Origin: an uncultured Clostridia bacterium
GTDB lineage: Bacteria; Bacillota; Clostridia; Oscillospirales; Acutalibacteraceae
Reading direction: 5' to 3'
Length of the DNA: 64,000 nt
Assembly: GCA_937891195.1 (NCBI GenBank)
Contig: CALAFJ010000017.1
Span: forward strand, 6,770-70,769
Below, in pieces: positions 1-9,648 of this stretch (positions are counted from its first letter, which is position 1; each line of letters starts with the position of its first letter). The notes under the pieces were generated by a model. It saw only the letters and a list, made by a program, of their open reading frames with translations, did no database searches and was not told the origin of the DNA. Position numbers and translations under genes: made by a program.

Positions 1-495
<495 letters not shown>

Positions 496-499
496 TCGG

Positions 500-799
500 T
501 TTTCGGCTATCGCGGCTCGTGCGGATCGCCCGCATCGGACGTTTTGGTCCGTCGTTTGGCGGTTCTCCGGGCTGTGTAGTATAAATGCGGTTGCTGTTCT
601 TCCACAGACAGCAGGTGTGTGACCCATCCAGGTCATGCGTAAATCGCCCTTGCGGTGTGCCTGCCGAGGAGTGAAACAAAGCCCTGCCCGCGCTTCTGTG
701 CGGCAAACGGTGCGTTTTTTCACCTCTCCTGTGGAATCACGGGAGAGGTTTTCTTTTGGGATGAATGGCGATCATCCTGTATTCGGAGGTGAAATCATT
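500..799 (+). promoter_or_regulatory. rplJ leader region (L10-leader-like) with an attenuator-type hairpin plus U-tract at 723-757
   Basis: This is a 300-nt untranslated gap between rplA and rplJ. A CCTCTCC/GGAGAGG stem is followed by TTTTCTTTT just upstream of the rplJ RBS. The position matches the known L10/L12 autoregulatory leader of Firmicutes. No covariance model could be run. Confidence 0.45.
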
Positions 800-1372
800 A
801 TGCCCAGCGAGAAAGTTCTGCAAGAAAAGCAAGCCTTCGTGGCGGATCTGACCAAAAAGATCCAGGGCGCCGTCTCCGGTGTGATCGTGGATTACAGCGG
901 TATCACCGTGGCGGACGATACGGCGCTGCGCCGTAAGCTGCGTGAGGCTGGCGTTGAGTATTCCGTTGTCAAGAACACCCTGCTCAAGCGTGCCGTGGAT
1001 GCGGCCGAGATGGCCGGGCTGGACGACGTGCTCAACGGCACCACCGCTCTGGCGCTCAGCGACGATTATGTGGCTGCCGCCAAGATCCTGTGCGAGTATG
1101 CCGAGGGTAAGGACAATTTCAAGGTCAAGGCCGGTTTCATGGATGGCTCTGTCATCGACGCCGCCAAGGTCATTGAGCTGTCCAAGCTGCCTTCCAAGGA
1201 AGGTCTGCTCTCCATGCTGCTCAGTGTGCTGAACGGACCCATCCGTGGTCTGGCTGTCGCTCTGAAGGCTGTTTCCGAGAAGGAGCCGGCCGCCGAGGAG
1301 GCAGCACCTGCCGAGGAGGCCGCTGCCCCTGTTGAAGAGGCTGCTCCCGCCGAAGCCCCCGCCGCCGAATAA
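800..1372 (+). CDS. rplJ: 50S ribosomal protein L10, with an Ala/Glu/Pro-rich C-terminal tail
   Basis: An ATG at 800 is preceded by GGAGGT. The translation MPSEKVLQEKQAFVADLTKKIQGAVSGVIVDYSGITV is typical L10. The upstream part of the 635 ORF is leader sequence. Confidence 0.93.
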   Translation: MPSEKVLQEKQAFVADLTKKIQGAVSGVIVDYSGITVADDTALRRKLREAGVEYSVVKNTLLKRAVDAAEMAGLDDVLNGTTALALSDDYVAAAKILCEYAEGKDNFKVKAGFMDGSVIDAAKVIELSKLPSKEGLLSMLLSVLNGPIRGLAVALKAVSEKEPAAEEAAPAEEAAAPVEEAAPAEAPAAE

Positions 1373-1447
1373 GCGGCTGCCCGTTATCATTGGTCTGCAT
1401 ACAGACCCGGGCACAACAAAATCATCATGTATTGGAGGAAATGAATC

Positions 1448-1816
1448 ATGTCTGAGAAAATCACTGCTATGATCGAGGAGATCAAGGCTCTGACCGTTCT
1501 GGAGCTGGCCGATCTGGTCAAGGCGATCGAGGAGGAGTTCGGTGTTTCCGCCGCTGCTCCCGTGGCTGTGGCTGCTGCCGCCGCTGCTCCCGCTGCCGAG
1601 GAAAAGACCGAGTTCGACGTGGTGCTGGTTGAGGCCGGCGCTGCCAAGATCGGTGTCATCAAGGTTGTTCGCGAGATCACCGGCCTGGGCCTGAAAGAGG
1701 CCAAGGAGCTGGTTGACGGCGCTCCCAAGGCGGTTAAGACCGGCGTGTCCAAGGACGACGCCGAGGCTGCTAAGGCGAAGCTGGAAGAGGCCGGCGCTAA
1801 GGTCGAGTTGAAGTAA
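1448..1816 (+). CDS. rplL: 50S ribosomal protein L7/L12
   Basis: The translation [33 protein letters not shown]...[12 protein letters not shown]...[12 protein letters not shown] is typical L7/L12. A GGAGGA RBS is present. Confidence 0.96.
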   Translation: MSEKITAMIEEIKALTVLELADLVKAIEEEFGVSAAAPVAVAAAAAAPAAEEKTEFDVVLVEAGAAKIGVIKVVREITGLGLKEAKELVDGAPKAVKTGVSKDDAEAAKAKLEEAGAKVELK

Positions 1817-1946
1817 TTTTCAACTCGGTTGAAGTAATTTTCGACTCGGATGAAATAGCTTTCGACTTAGTTGAACTAAATTTCAATCCGGCGGAAGTGA
1901 ATGTAGCTCGGTTGAAGCGAGTGCAACCCGGCTGCAAGTGAATGTG
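1803..1946. repeat. Degenerate tandem array, about 6-7 units of ~21 nt, seeded on the last codons and stop of rplL
   Basis: Read directly from the sequence: TCGAGTTGAAGTAATTTT / CAACTCGGTTGAAGTAATTTT / CGACTCGGATGAAATAGCTTT / CGACTTAGTTGAACTAAATTT / CAATCCGGCGGAAGTGAATGTA / GCTCGGTTGAAGCGAGTG / CAACCCGGCTGCAAGTGAATGTG. Confidence 0.6.
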
Positions 1947-1996
1947 CCCCAGGTTGGATAGACTTTGGTCCAGTGGGACAAAGTCCATCTGGAATT

Positions 1997-2030
1997 GAAA
2001 TGTATGGCAACTTGAGTTGCCATACATTTC
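1997..2030 (+). other. Perfect 15-bp stem hairpin (GAAATGTATGGCAAC-TTGA-GTTGCCATACATTTC) in the rplL 3-prime region
   Basis: The inverted repeat was read directly. A second imperfect hairpin lies at about 1961-1990. There is no clear U-tract. Confidence 0.6.
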
Positions 2031-2163
2031 GGATCGCGTCGGGGGTAGGTTTACCGCAAGCGAAGGGTTCTGCTTTTCAGGCGGAGCAAAGTTCGGCTTG
2101 TTTTTTGGCCGTGCCGTCGGTGTCGGAACTGTCTCGACGCCGCCGGTTGGCAAAACAGAAGAG

Positions 2164-2204
2164 GTCCGGGGAATCGCAGGAATGCGGTTCCCCGGACTTT
2201 TTTG
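2164..2204 (+). terminator. Rho-independent terminator
   Basis: A GTCCGGGGAA...TTCCCCGGAC 10-bp stem is followed by TTTTTTG. Confidence 0.7.
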
Positions 2205-2534
2205 TTGGCTTTGAAAACCACCGACTACGCCCGGTGGAGGTATCCCGTAAAAAGCGTTAGTTTCAAGCATCCGGCGAAGCACGCCGATAATGCCGGCCCA
2301 ACAAATGCGTATACACTCGACATTACCGGCAGAGGCCCGTTTGCGGGCGGCGAAACATTTGGTGCAAGGGAAAGATAACGCGGCGCATCTTTGGATGTCG
2401 GTCGGTGAAAGCCCTTCTCGGGCTTATTCAAGCCACCGGCTTAGCGGTGGCTGACCACGCGAACTTTCGGCCGAGAGCTCCCGCCGACGGCGGTGATCGG
2501 CGGGGGACACCGAATGATCCGCACCGGCATCGTT

Positions 2535-3860
2535 TCAAATCAGCCGGAACTGTGTCCACTTGCCGGATTTCAGCCGCCAGACGAAAATCGCGCCGCGCAG
2601 CACCAGGTCCACGCTCATGCCGATGGCGACCCCAATGGCCCCCCAGCCCAGCCACAGGCCGAACAGCGCCGAGAAAAAGAGCCGTGCGACGATGGTCAGC
2701 GTGATAGACACAATCATGGTGAATTTCACGTCCCCTGCGGCACGCAACCCATTGCCAAGGGAGCCGGCAAACGGATAAGCCAGGGCGCTGAAGACGTTAT
2801 TGATCAGAACCAACCAGATGACCAGTGCTTTCGCCTCCGATGAAATGGCGGAATATCGAACGATCAGCGGCGTGACGGCGAAGATCAGGGCGTTCCATAG
2901 GATGGACAGCACCAGCGTGATTTTGTTGAGCTTTTTGAAATAGAAGTCGGCGGCATCCACATCCCCTGCGCCCATGCACTGCCCGATGACCGTTGTATAA
3001 ACCGGCGCCATGGCAAGACCCATGATCGCTGCCAGAGACCAGATGCTCTGCGCCACTCCGTTGGCGGCGATTTGGTAGGTCCCGAACAACGCCACCATGC
3101 TGGAAAGTGCCACCTTCACCAGCTGATGCACGCCGTTCTCCACCCCGTTCGGCAGGGCGATACCCATAACTTTTTTCAGCAAATTGCCGTCCCACGCCCA
3201 TATATCCGCCATACGGTAGCGCACCGGGTTTCGTTTTTTGAAGCAATAAATCGTGACCAGCACAGCGGAAAGCACACGGGAGAAGAGCGACGGCCAGGCC
3301 ACGCCCGCCGCCCCCATGTTCAGTACGAACACGCCCATGCAGTTCCCCACCACATTGATACCGTTGGCAATAAGGGAAATATTCATGGTCGCATTGGTTT
3401 TTCCGATGCTGCGGCACAGTGCTGCCCCGGCGTCATAGACGGCCAGGAACGGCAGCGACAGTGTGGTGATCCACAGATAGGATTCGCAGGCTGCCATCAC
3501 GTCTGCTGCAATCTTCCCGAACAGGAGCCGCAAAAGCCGGGTGTGGAACACCAGAATCAGCGCCGCCATGATCACAGAGATAACTGCGGAGAGCATCAGC
3601 AGCTGCCCGGCCGAACGGGAGGCTGCTGTTTCATTTTTGTTGCCGATATACTGACTGATGATGACCGCTCCGCCGGAGGACAGGGCTGTGAACAGAAAAA
3701 TCAGCACCGTATTGAAGGATGTGACCAGCGACACGCCGGACACATCCGCCTCGCTGGAAAAACTGACCACAAAGGTATCGGCAATGCCGACAAACATCAA
3801 TAAGAACTGCTCGATAAACAGCGGGAAGATCAAATTCCGCAGGTCTTTATCCGAAAACAT
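2535..3860 (-). CDS. MATE family efflux transporter
   Basis: The product is a ~440-aa polytopic membrane protein with a MATE-like N-terminus (FSDKDLRNLIFPLFIEQFLLMFVGIADTFVVS). The start is chosen at the second ATG (3860) because the first ATG (3872) abuts the GAGGA RBS. The start is uncertain by 12 nt. Confidence 0.85.
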   Translation of the reverse strand: MFSDKDLRNLIFPLFIEQFLLMFVGIADTFVVSFSSEADVSGVSLVTSFNTVLIFLFTALSSGGAVIISQYIGNKNETAASRSAGQLLMLSAVISVIMAALILVFHTRLLRLLFGKIAADVMAACESYLWITTLSLPFLAVYDAGAALCRSIGKTNATMNISLIANGINVVGNCMGVFVLNMGAAGVAWPSLFSRVLSAVLVTIYCFKKRNPVRYRMADIWAWDGNLLKKVMGIALPNGVENGVHQLVKVALSSMVALFGTYQIAANGVAQSIWSLAAIMGLAMAPVYTTVIGQCMGAGDVDAADFYFKKLNKITLVLSILWNALIFAVTPLIVRYSAISSEAKALVIWLVLINNVFSALAYPFAGSLGNGLRAAGDVKFTMIVSITLTIVARLFFSALFGLWLGWGAIGVAIGMSVDLVLRGAIFVWRLKSGKWTQFRLI

Positions 3861-3938
3861 ATTACACCCCATTCCTCTTTGCTTTGTCTACGGCTGCGCC
3901 TGTGTGTGACACGGCCGCGAGCGCTGCGCAACGCCCGT

Positions 3939-4283
3939 TTATGGTTCGGTTTCCTCATACTGTTTCTTATACTCCGTACCCCAGATGACCATGGAATCCA
4001 GGATGGGTCGGAGACTGTGTCCTAACGCGGTGAGCGAGTATTCGACCCGCGGCGGAACCTCCGCATACACTTTCCGATTAACCAGCCCGCTTTCTTCCAT
4101 GGCCCGCAGCTGAGCGGTCAGCACCTTCTGGGACACGTTGCCTACGGATCTCTTCAGTTCGCCGAAGCGTTTTGTTCCCGTCAGCAGATCCCGGAGGATC
4201 AGCACCTTCCACTTGTCACCGATCAGCGTCAGGGTCGTCTCTACCGGGCAGGCCGGCAGCGGAGTTTTTGTTTTTGTTTCCAT
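3939..4283 (-). CDS. HxlR family (MarR-like) transcriptional regulator
   Basis: The translation [71 protein letters not shown] is the HxlR signature. The ATG at 4283 has a GGAGGGA RBS. The gene is divergent from a flavoprotein gene. Confidence 0.87.
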   Translation of the reverse strand: METKTKTPLPACPVETTLTLIGDKWKVLILRDLLTGTKRFGELKRSVGNVSQKVLTAQLRAMEESGLVNRKVYAEVPPRVEYSLTALGHSLRPILDSMVIWGTEYKKQYEETEP

Positions 4284-4500
4284 CGTGGCGATCCCTCCGA
4301 AATTTTTCCGTGGCTTTGAAGTGCCGGAGGATCCGGCAGCGGCGCTATTGTTTCCCGGCGGCAACTTGTCGATTAGTTTCCCCTGGGTAACTACGGCACA
4401 ATATAGTGCCTACTTCGCAAAACGGATGTACGGTGCTATTATAATGCCAACGAAAGGAAAAAGCAACCTTTCGGAGACAAGAACTATTTTGGAGGTACGT

Positions 4501-4899
4501 ATGATGAACAAAGTTGTCGAATTCCTGCAAGCCAACCCGGTGCAGTATCTGGCCACCGTTGGCCGTGACGGCAAGGCCAAGTGCCGTCCCTTCATGTTCG
4601 CCGGTGAGCTGGACGGGAAGCTGTGGTTCTGCACCAACAGCACCAAGGACGTGTATAAGGATATGCAGGAAAACCCGGAGATCGAGCTGTCTGTCTCCGG
4701 CCCGGACTATGCATGGATCCGGCTCCACGGCAAGGCGGTGTTTGAGAACGACATGGCCGCCAAAGAAATGTGCATCCGGAATCCCATCGTGCAGGGACAG
4801 TACGGCGAGGCCACCAACCCCATCTTTGAGGTGTTCTACCTGGACGATGCTCACGGCGTCATCGCCGACTTCTCCGGCGATCCGCCCTACCAGTTTTGA
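4501..4899 (+). CDS. Pyridoxamine 5-prime-phosphate oxidase-like (FMN-binding split-barrel) protein
   Basis: The translation MMNKVVEFLQANPVQYLATVGRDGKAKCRPFMF...LWFCTNSTKDVYKDMQENP is a general-stress/PNPOx-like fold pattern. A GGAGGT RBS is present. Confidence 0.75.
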   Translation: MMNKVVEFLQANPVQYLATVGRDGKAKCRPFMFAGELDGKLWFCTNSTKDVYKDMQENPEIELSVSGPDYAWIRLHGKAVFENDMAAKEMCIRNPIVQGQYGEATNPIFEVFYLDDAHGVIADFSGDPPYQF

Positions 4900-5040
4900 T
4901 CGACACGCCTGATCGCACATCTTCGGGGCAAGGCGGTATCCCTGCCTTGCCCTTTAACATTCTGAAAGGGCCGGTCGTCGGCGGATTTACCAAGCTGACC
5001 AACCAGCGGCTGACGCCGATTCTGAAAGGGGATTACTGAA

Positions 5041-5655
5041 ATGGACTTTATGGATATTTCCAGGCGTCGTGTGACCACCCGGCAGTTTGCTCCCGTTCCC
5101 GTGGAACAGGAAAAGCTGGACAAAATTCTGGAAGCCGGACGGTGGGCGCCTACGGCGGTCAACGCCCAGCCCCAGCGGATACTCGTATTGAACACCCGCG
5201 AGAGTTTGGAAAAGGTGCGGGCGTTCTGCACCTTCAACTATGATCCCCGGTATGCCGCATTAGACAGCACCTGCGACGATAAGGAACACGAACAGTGCGT
5301 GTATTATTACGGTGCGCCGCTGGTGCTGCTGGTTTGCTATGACCGGGATGCTTGCTGGAAGCACCCGGAAAGCGGAGAGCCCAGCGGCTCCACGGATGCG
5401 ACCATCGTTTCCACCCACATGATGCTGGAGGCTGCCAGCATCGGTCTCGGCACGGTATGGATCAGCTATTTTGATAAGCAGAAAGCCCGTGATCTGCTGC
5501 ATCTGCCGGAAAGCTGGGAGATCAACAACATGATCTACATCGGTTACCCGGCAGAAAATTTTGCGCCCAACCCGAAAATGAGCGGAAAACGGTACCCGCT
5601 GTCCCATTCCGTGTGGTATAATTCCCCGGGAGGTGCGCAACATGACGAAGTATGA
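5041..5655 (+). CDS. Nitroreductase family protein
   Basis: The translation ISRRRVTTRQFAPVPVEQEKLDKILEAGRWAPTAVNAQPQRILV...YYGAPLVLLVCYD is the nitroreductase signature. Confidence 0.85.
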   Translation: MDFMDISRRRVTTRQFAPVPVEQEKLDKILEAGRWAPTAVNAQPQRILVLNTRESLEKVRAFCTFNYDPRYAALDSTCDDKEHEQCVYYYGAPLVLLVCYDRDACWKHPESGEPSGSTDATIVSTHMMLEAASIGLGTVWISYFDKQKARDLLHLPESWEINNMIYIGYPAENFAPNPKMSGKRYPLSHSVWYNSPGGAQHDEV

Positions 5656-6250
5656 CTATCTGAAACGGCTGGTGGAGCATATGCATTCCGCCACGGTTGC
5701 CACCATCGGCGCAGACGGACACCCCCAGACCCGCGTGATCGACATGATGCTGTGGGACGAACAGGGCGTATATTTTCTCACCGCCAGAGGTAAGGCGTTC
5801 TATGCGCAGCTCATGGAGCAGGGCTATATCGCTCTGTCCGCTGTCAGAGACAAACGTTCAATCTCCTTGCGCGGCAAAATCCGAAACATCGGCAGCGAAA
5901 AGCTGGACGAGATATTCGCGAAAAACACGTATATGCAGTCTATCTACCCCGGGGATACCCGCAGCGCGCTGGAGGTGTTCTGCCTGTACGAGGCGGAGGG
6001 GGAATACTTCGACATCTGCGATCCGGCGCACATCGTCCGGGACGGTTTCTCCATCGGCAAGGAGGGGCAGGAAACGCCGGGCTACTACGTGGGCGATGGC
6101 TGTATCGGCTGCCAGCGATGCTACGCCGTTTGTCCGCAGAAGTGCATCGACATCACCAGAAAGCCGGTAGTCATTGACCGGCACCATTGTCTCCATTGCG
6201 GACGGTGCGCGGAGACCTGCCCCAGGCGGGTCATTGAAAAGAGGACTTGA
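5642..6250 (+). CDS. PNPOx-like flavoprotein fused to a 2x[4Fe-4S] ferredoxin domain
   Basis: The N-terminal split-barrel-like region reads ATVATIGADGHPQTRVIDMMLW. The C-terminus carries CIGCQRCYAVCP and CLHCGRCAETCP cluster motifs. The ATG at 5642 lies 8 nt after GGGAGG. Confidence 0.75.
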   Translation: MTKYDYLKRLVEHMHSATVATIGADGHPQTRVIDMMLWDEQGVYFLTARGKAFYAQLMEQGYIALSAVRDKRSISLRGKIRNIGSEKLDEIFAKNTYMQSIYPGDTRSALEVFCLYEAEGEYFDICDPAHIVRDGFSIGKEGQETPGYYVGDGCIGCQRCYAVCPQKCIDITRKPVVIDRHHCLHCGRCAETCPRRVIEKRT

Positions 6251-6252
6251 CC

Positions 6253-7062
6253 ATGAACCAAAGTGAAAAACGGCTGTTTTTGATTCGCTCACTTTTGATG
6301 GAGCAACCGGAGTGCCGGGACATCGCCATACCGGCGGATGCACAGAGTCAACGCCGGCTCCTGCGGGGACTGATGAACGTGCGCAGGCCGTCGGACATCG
6401 GAGCGGATTTTCTGCGCGTGCAGGACGCCTATCTGCAAGAGGAAACCGCCGCAAAAGGCATTACCGATGTGGCGGATCTGACGCCCATCCGGCCGGGGCT
6501 GTATCTCTGGCAGGGGGACATTACCACGTTCAAATGCGACGCCATCGTCAACGCCGCCAACAGCGGCATGACCGGCTGCTATATCCCGAATCATCGCTGC
6601 ATCGACAACGCCATCCACACCTTTGCCGGGGTGGAGCTGCGGCTGGCCTGCGAAGAATTGATGGAACGGCAAGGGTATCCGGAACCTGCCGGACAGGCAA
6701 AAATCACCCCGGCGTTCAATCTGCCCTGCCGGTATGTATTGCACACCGTCGGCCCCCTTGTCCGGGGGCCGGTGACGCCGCATGAGCGGAAATTGCTTTC
6801 CTCCTGCTATCGCTCCTGTCTGGAGCTGGCGGCGGAGAACGGTCTGGAAAGCGTGGCATTCTGCTGCATTTCCACCGGGGAATTCCATTTTCCCAATGAA
6901 TTGGCGGCGGAAATTGCCGTGGCGACAGTCAAAGATTTTCTGAAAAAGCCAACCCATGTCAAGAAGGTGATCTTCAATGTTTTCAAGGATCTGGACAAAG
7001 CCGTCTACGCCCGGCTGCTCGGGGCAAACGGAACGGCTGAAAACGGCTCTGCGGGAGTGTGA
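6253..7062 (+). CDS. Macro-domain protein (ADP-ribose/protein-ADP-ribose hydrolase type)
   Basis: The translation LWQGDITTFKCDAIVNAANSGMTGC...IDNAIHTFAGVELR...VLHTVGP...AFCCISTGEFHFP is a macrodomain core with an N-terminal helical extension. The ATG at 6253 follows an AGAGGA RBS. Confidence 0.85.
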   Translation: MNQSEKRLFLIRSLLMEQPECRDIAIPADAQSQRRLLRGLMNVRRPSDIGADFLRVQDAYLQEETAAKGITDVADLTPIRPGLYLWQGDITTFKCDAIVNAANSGMTGCYIPNHRCIDNAIHTFAGVELRLACEELMERQGYPEPAGQAKITPAFNLPCRYVLHTVGPLVRGPVTPHERKLLSSCYRSCLELAAENGLESVAFCCISTGEFHFPNELAAEIAVATVKDFLKKPTHVKKVIFNVFKDLDKAVYARLLGANGTAENGSAGV

Positions 7063-7849
7063 CGCCGTGGTGATCGGCGCCGGTTCCGGGCTGTCTACGG
7101 CTGCGGGATTCACCTACACCGGCGAACGGTTTGAACGGTATTTCTCCGATTTTGCGGAGAAATACGGCTTTTCCGATATGTATTCCGGCGGATTTTATCC
7201 GTTCGTCACAGCGGAGGAGCGTTGGGCGTATTGGAGCCGGTATATTTATATCAACCGCTATGTGGATACCCCCAAGCCGGTCTATGAGAGCCTTTTGGGG
7301 CTGGTGGCCGATAAGGACTATTTCGTGATCACAACGAATGTGGATCATTGCTTCCAGAAAGCGGGCTTTGATAAAAAGCGGCTGTTCTACACCCAGGGGG
7401 ATTACGGACTGTTCCAATGCAGCGAGCCGTGCTGTCCGGAAACCGTTGAGAATGAGGGCGCGATCCGCGAAATGGTCACGCAGCAAAAAGATATGCGGGT
7501 GCCGACCGGGCTGCTGCCCGTCTGTCCCCGCTGCGGCAAGCCCATGACGATGAATCTGCGTGTGGACGATACGTTCGTGGAGGACGAGGGCTGGCACCGG
7601 GCGGCAGAACGGTATGGGAATTTTCTCCGCACCCGGGAAGGACAGCACGTTCTTTTTCTCGAACTGGGAGTCGGCTATAACACCCCCGGCATCATCAAAT
7701 ACCCGTTCTGGCAAATGACGGCGCAGAACCCTAACGCCGTGTATGCCTGCATCAATTCGGAGCAGGCAGCTTGCCCGCCGGAGATTGAGCGGCAGTCCAT
7801 CGGTCTCTATGCGGATATCGGCGCTGTTTTAGCGGAACTTGTCCACTGA
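6977..7849 (+). CDS. SIR2-family protein of the macrodomain-linked (SirTM-like) type
   Basis: GAGSGLSTAAG and TTNVDH nucleotide-binding motifs are present, together with CxxxCC...CPRC cysteine pairs. The gene lies immediately downstream of the macrodomain gene. The only ATG/GTG/TTG start in frame is 6977, which overlaps the macro gene by 86 nt, so the start is uncertain. Confidence 0.78.
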   Translation: MFSRIWTKPSTPGCSGQTERLKTALRECDAVVIGAGSGLSTAAGFTYTGERFERYFSDFAEKYGFSDMYSGGFYPFVTAEERWAYWSRYIYINRYVDTPKPVYESLLGLVADKDYFVITTNVDHCFQKAGFDKKRLFYTQGDYGLFQCSEPCCPETVENEGAIREMVTQQKDMRVPTGLLPVCPRCGKPMTMNLRVDDTFVEDEGWHRAAERYGNFLRTREGQHVLFLELGVGYNTPGIIKYPFWQMTAQNPNAVYACINSEQAACPPEIERQSIGLYADIGAVLAELVH

Positions 7850-7906
7850 GAACGCCCCCGGAGATTTTTCGTCTCCGGGGGCGCTGCATCGTTGTGTGAA
7901 GTTCGG

Positions 7907-8659
7907 TCAGGGCCGATCCAATTCAAAATGTGCCGCGAACCTTTTGAAAAGCGGCTTGAACGTAAAGCTGCGATCCAGCAGCCCGGAGAAGCAGCCGATG
8001 ATTGTTCCGTTCAGGACGGCCATGATCAGCGTGCCCCAGGATAAGCCCACGAACCGCCCGAAAAAGCACAGCGTCATGACCGTGCTCGCCAGCAGCAATG
8101 TGAGGTCAACGCCGGTCTTGAACCGGGATATCCGGATACCGTACTTGAGCGAGACGGCCTTCACGAAAAAATCGTAGACCTGCGGATACAGGTAGGTCTT
8201 GAAGAACAGCGCCACCGAAAAGGAGGTGAGAAGAACGCCGACGACAAACAGGACAATGCGCAGCCACAGCGCCATGCTGCCCGGTGGGGTGATGGAGGGG
8301 TTCAGCCAGGGGAGCCGCCGCCACAGGTCCAGAACCGCTCCGTAGATCAGGCAGGTGACAAAGGACATCAGATACACGGGACGGAATTTTCTGAGCACAA
8401 GACACAGTATAAGGAACACCCCCGCTTGCAGGATGTATTCCGCCTGCCCGAATGTGATCACGCCCAGCTTCAGGCTGAGCAGATAGGCGGGGGCCACGAT
8501 CATGGAAATGCCGAAATCGGCGGCTGTCAGTATGGACACGGCGAGCGCCAGCAGAATAATGGCCAGACCGTATGCCAGCTCCGACGGTATGCAGAGCTTT
8601 GTGGCCGTGATGACTTTGCTGTGTGTCTGCTTTTCTGACTCCTTGTGTGTGTATGTCAT
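7907..8659 (-). CDS. Polytopic membrane protein (YczE/YitT-like, DUF6198-type)
   Basis: The product is hydrophobic with multiple predicted TM segments (LAYGLAIILLALAVSILTAADFGISMIVAPAY...). The start is uncertain: ATG at 8659, 8665 or 8695. 8659 has the best spacing to the GGGGGG RBS. Confidence 0.6.
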   Translation of the reverse strand: MTYTHKESEKQTHSKVITATKLCIPSELAYGLAIILLALAVSILTAADFGISMIVAPAYLLSLKLGVITFGQAEYILQAGVFLILCLVLRKFRPVYLMSFVTCLIYGAVLDLWRRLPWLNPSITPPGSMALWLRIVLFVVGVLLTSFSVALFFKTYLYPQVYDFFVKAVSLKYGIRISRFKTGVDLTLLLASTVMTLCFFGRFVGLSWGTLIMAVLNGTIIGCFSGLLDRSFTFKPLFKRFAAHFELDRP

Positions 8660-9192
8660 ATGCATTCCCCCCGAATATGAAGAAACGCCATGCACCCAGC
8701 CGGTGCATGGCGAAAAATGAGCGATCAGGCTCCGAAAAATCCATACCGATTTTACAGCTTTATTATACGGTGGGGGATGCCGCCTGTCAATGGGGGAAAT
8801 GACGATTCTGCGGTCTGCCCCGGGCGGTTCCCTCGTGCAAATGGGGAAACCATATACGGTATGCTATTTGGCGGAGTGGCCGGTTACGATCGGATAATCG
8901 GTATTGTCGGGGCGGTTTCTGCGAGGGCATTCCGCTGTCCTACTCGGAATCCGCCAGGAAACAGATGCTTAAAAAGCAGCAATTGCCGTCAGACCGAATT
9001 TCTAACGCAAAGCCGCGTTGCGCGTGATGCGCCAGTTTGATTTGTTTTCGCGGATACACCGCCGTCAGGCTGTGTCTGTGCGCCCGGAGCCGTGCGCAAA
9101 AATGGCTTCGGATCATCGAAGCGGCGGGATGCTGTTGTCAACTGTTCATATCACGAAAGGTAGGGGGCAAATAATAAGTAGTATATACCCTC

Positions 9193-9648
9193 CTACTCGA
9201 TAATGAAAACATTAGAAGTCAAGCCAAAATGTATTATCCTGTAATATCCTTTATCCAGAGGAATATCAAAGTTGCTTTTAATGGTTATACTTTCGTTTGT
9301 TGACTCTCCTTTCGACAATGTAAATGTATAATCCTCGTAAGTATAGACTCTATCTTTTTTGAACGGATAGTTTTCCCAATTATTTTTCCCATACTTTTGT
9401 AACACGAAATCCTCTTTGCTTTTAGAAAAAACCGTATCGGAGTGATTGATTATCTGATATCGTATAAACGTATCTTTCGTTGTGTATTTTGTCTTTTCGG
9501 TGACGATATAGACCGCATTGGAAGTATCCGATGTATTCAAATCCGATTCTGGCGGTGTAGAATAATCGTTTTTACACGCAGAAAGAGTGAAAATAATCAG
9601 CGATAGCAAAATCATAATTATAGAAGTCCTTTTAGGGTGGATTTTCAC
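9193..9648 (-). CDS. Hypothetical lipoprotein in an AT-rich islet
   Basis: A GTG start lies 7 nt after AAGGAGG. The signal peptide has the lipobox LSAC (IMILLSLIIFTLSAC). I recognise no family. Confidence 0.7.
   Translation of the reverse strand: MKIHPKRTSIIMILLSLIIFTLSACKNDYSTPPESDLNTSDTSNAVYIVTEKTKYTTKDTFIRYQIINHSDTVFSKSKEDFVLQKYGKNNWENYPFKKDRVYTYEDYTFTLSKGESTNESITIKSNFDIPLDKGYYRIIHFGLTSNVFIIE

Noticed and set aside
8690-9040. A 116-aa plus-strand ORF in the gap between the YczE-like gene and the lipoprotein gene.
   Set aside because: It has no RBS, overlaps the start region of the minus-strand membrane-protein gene, and gives a low-complexity Gly/Arg/Pro-rich translation.
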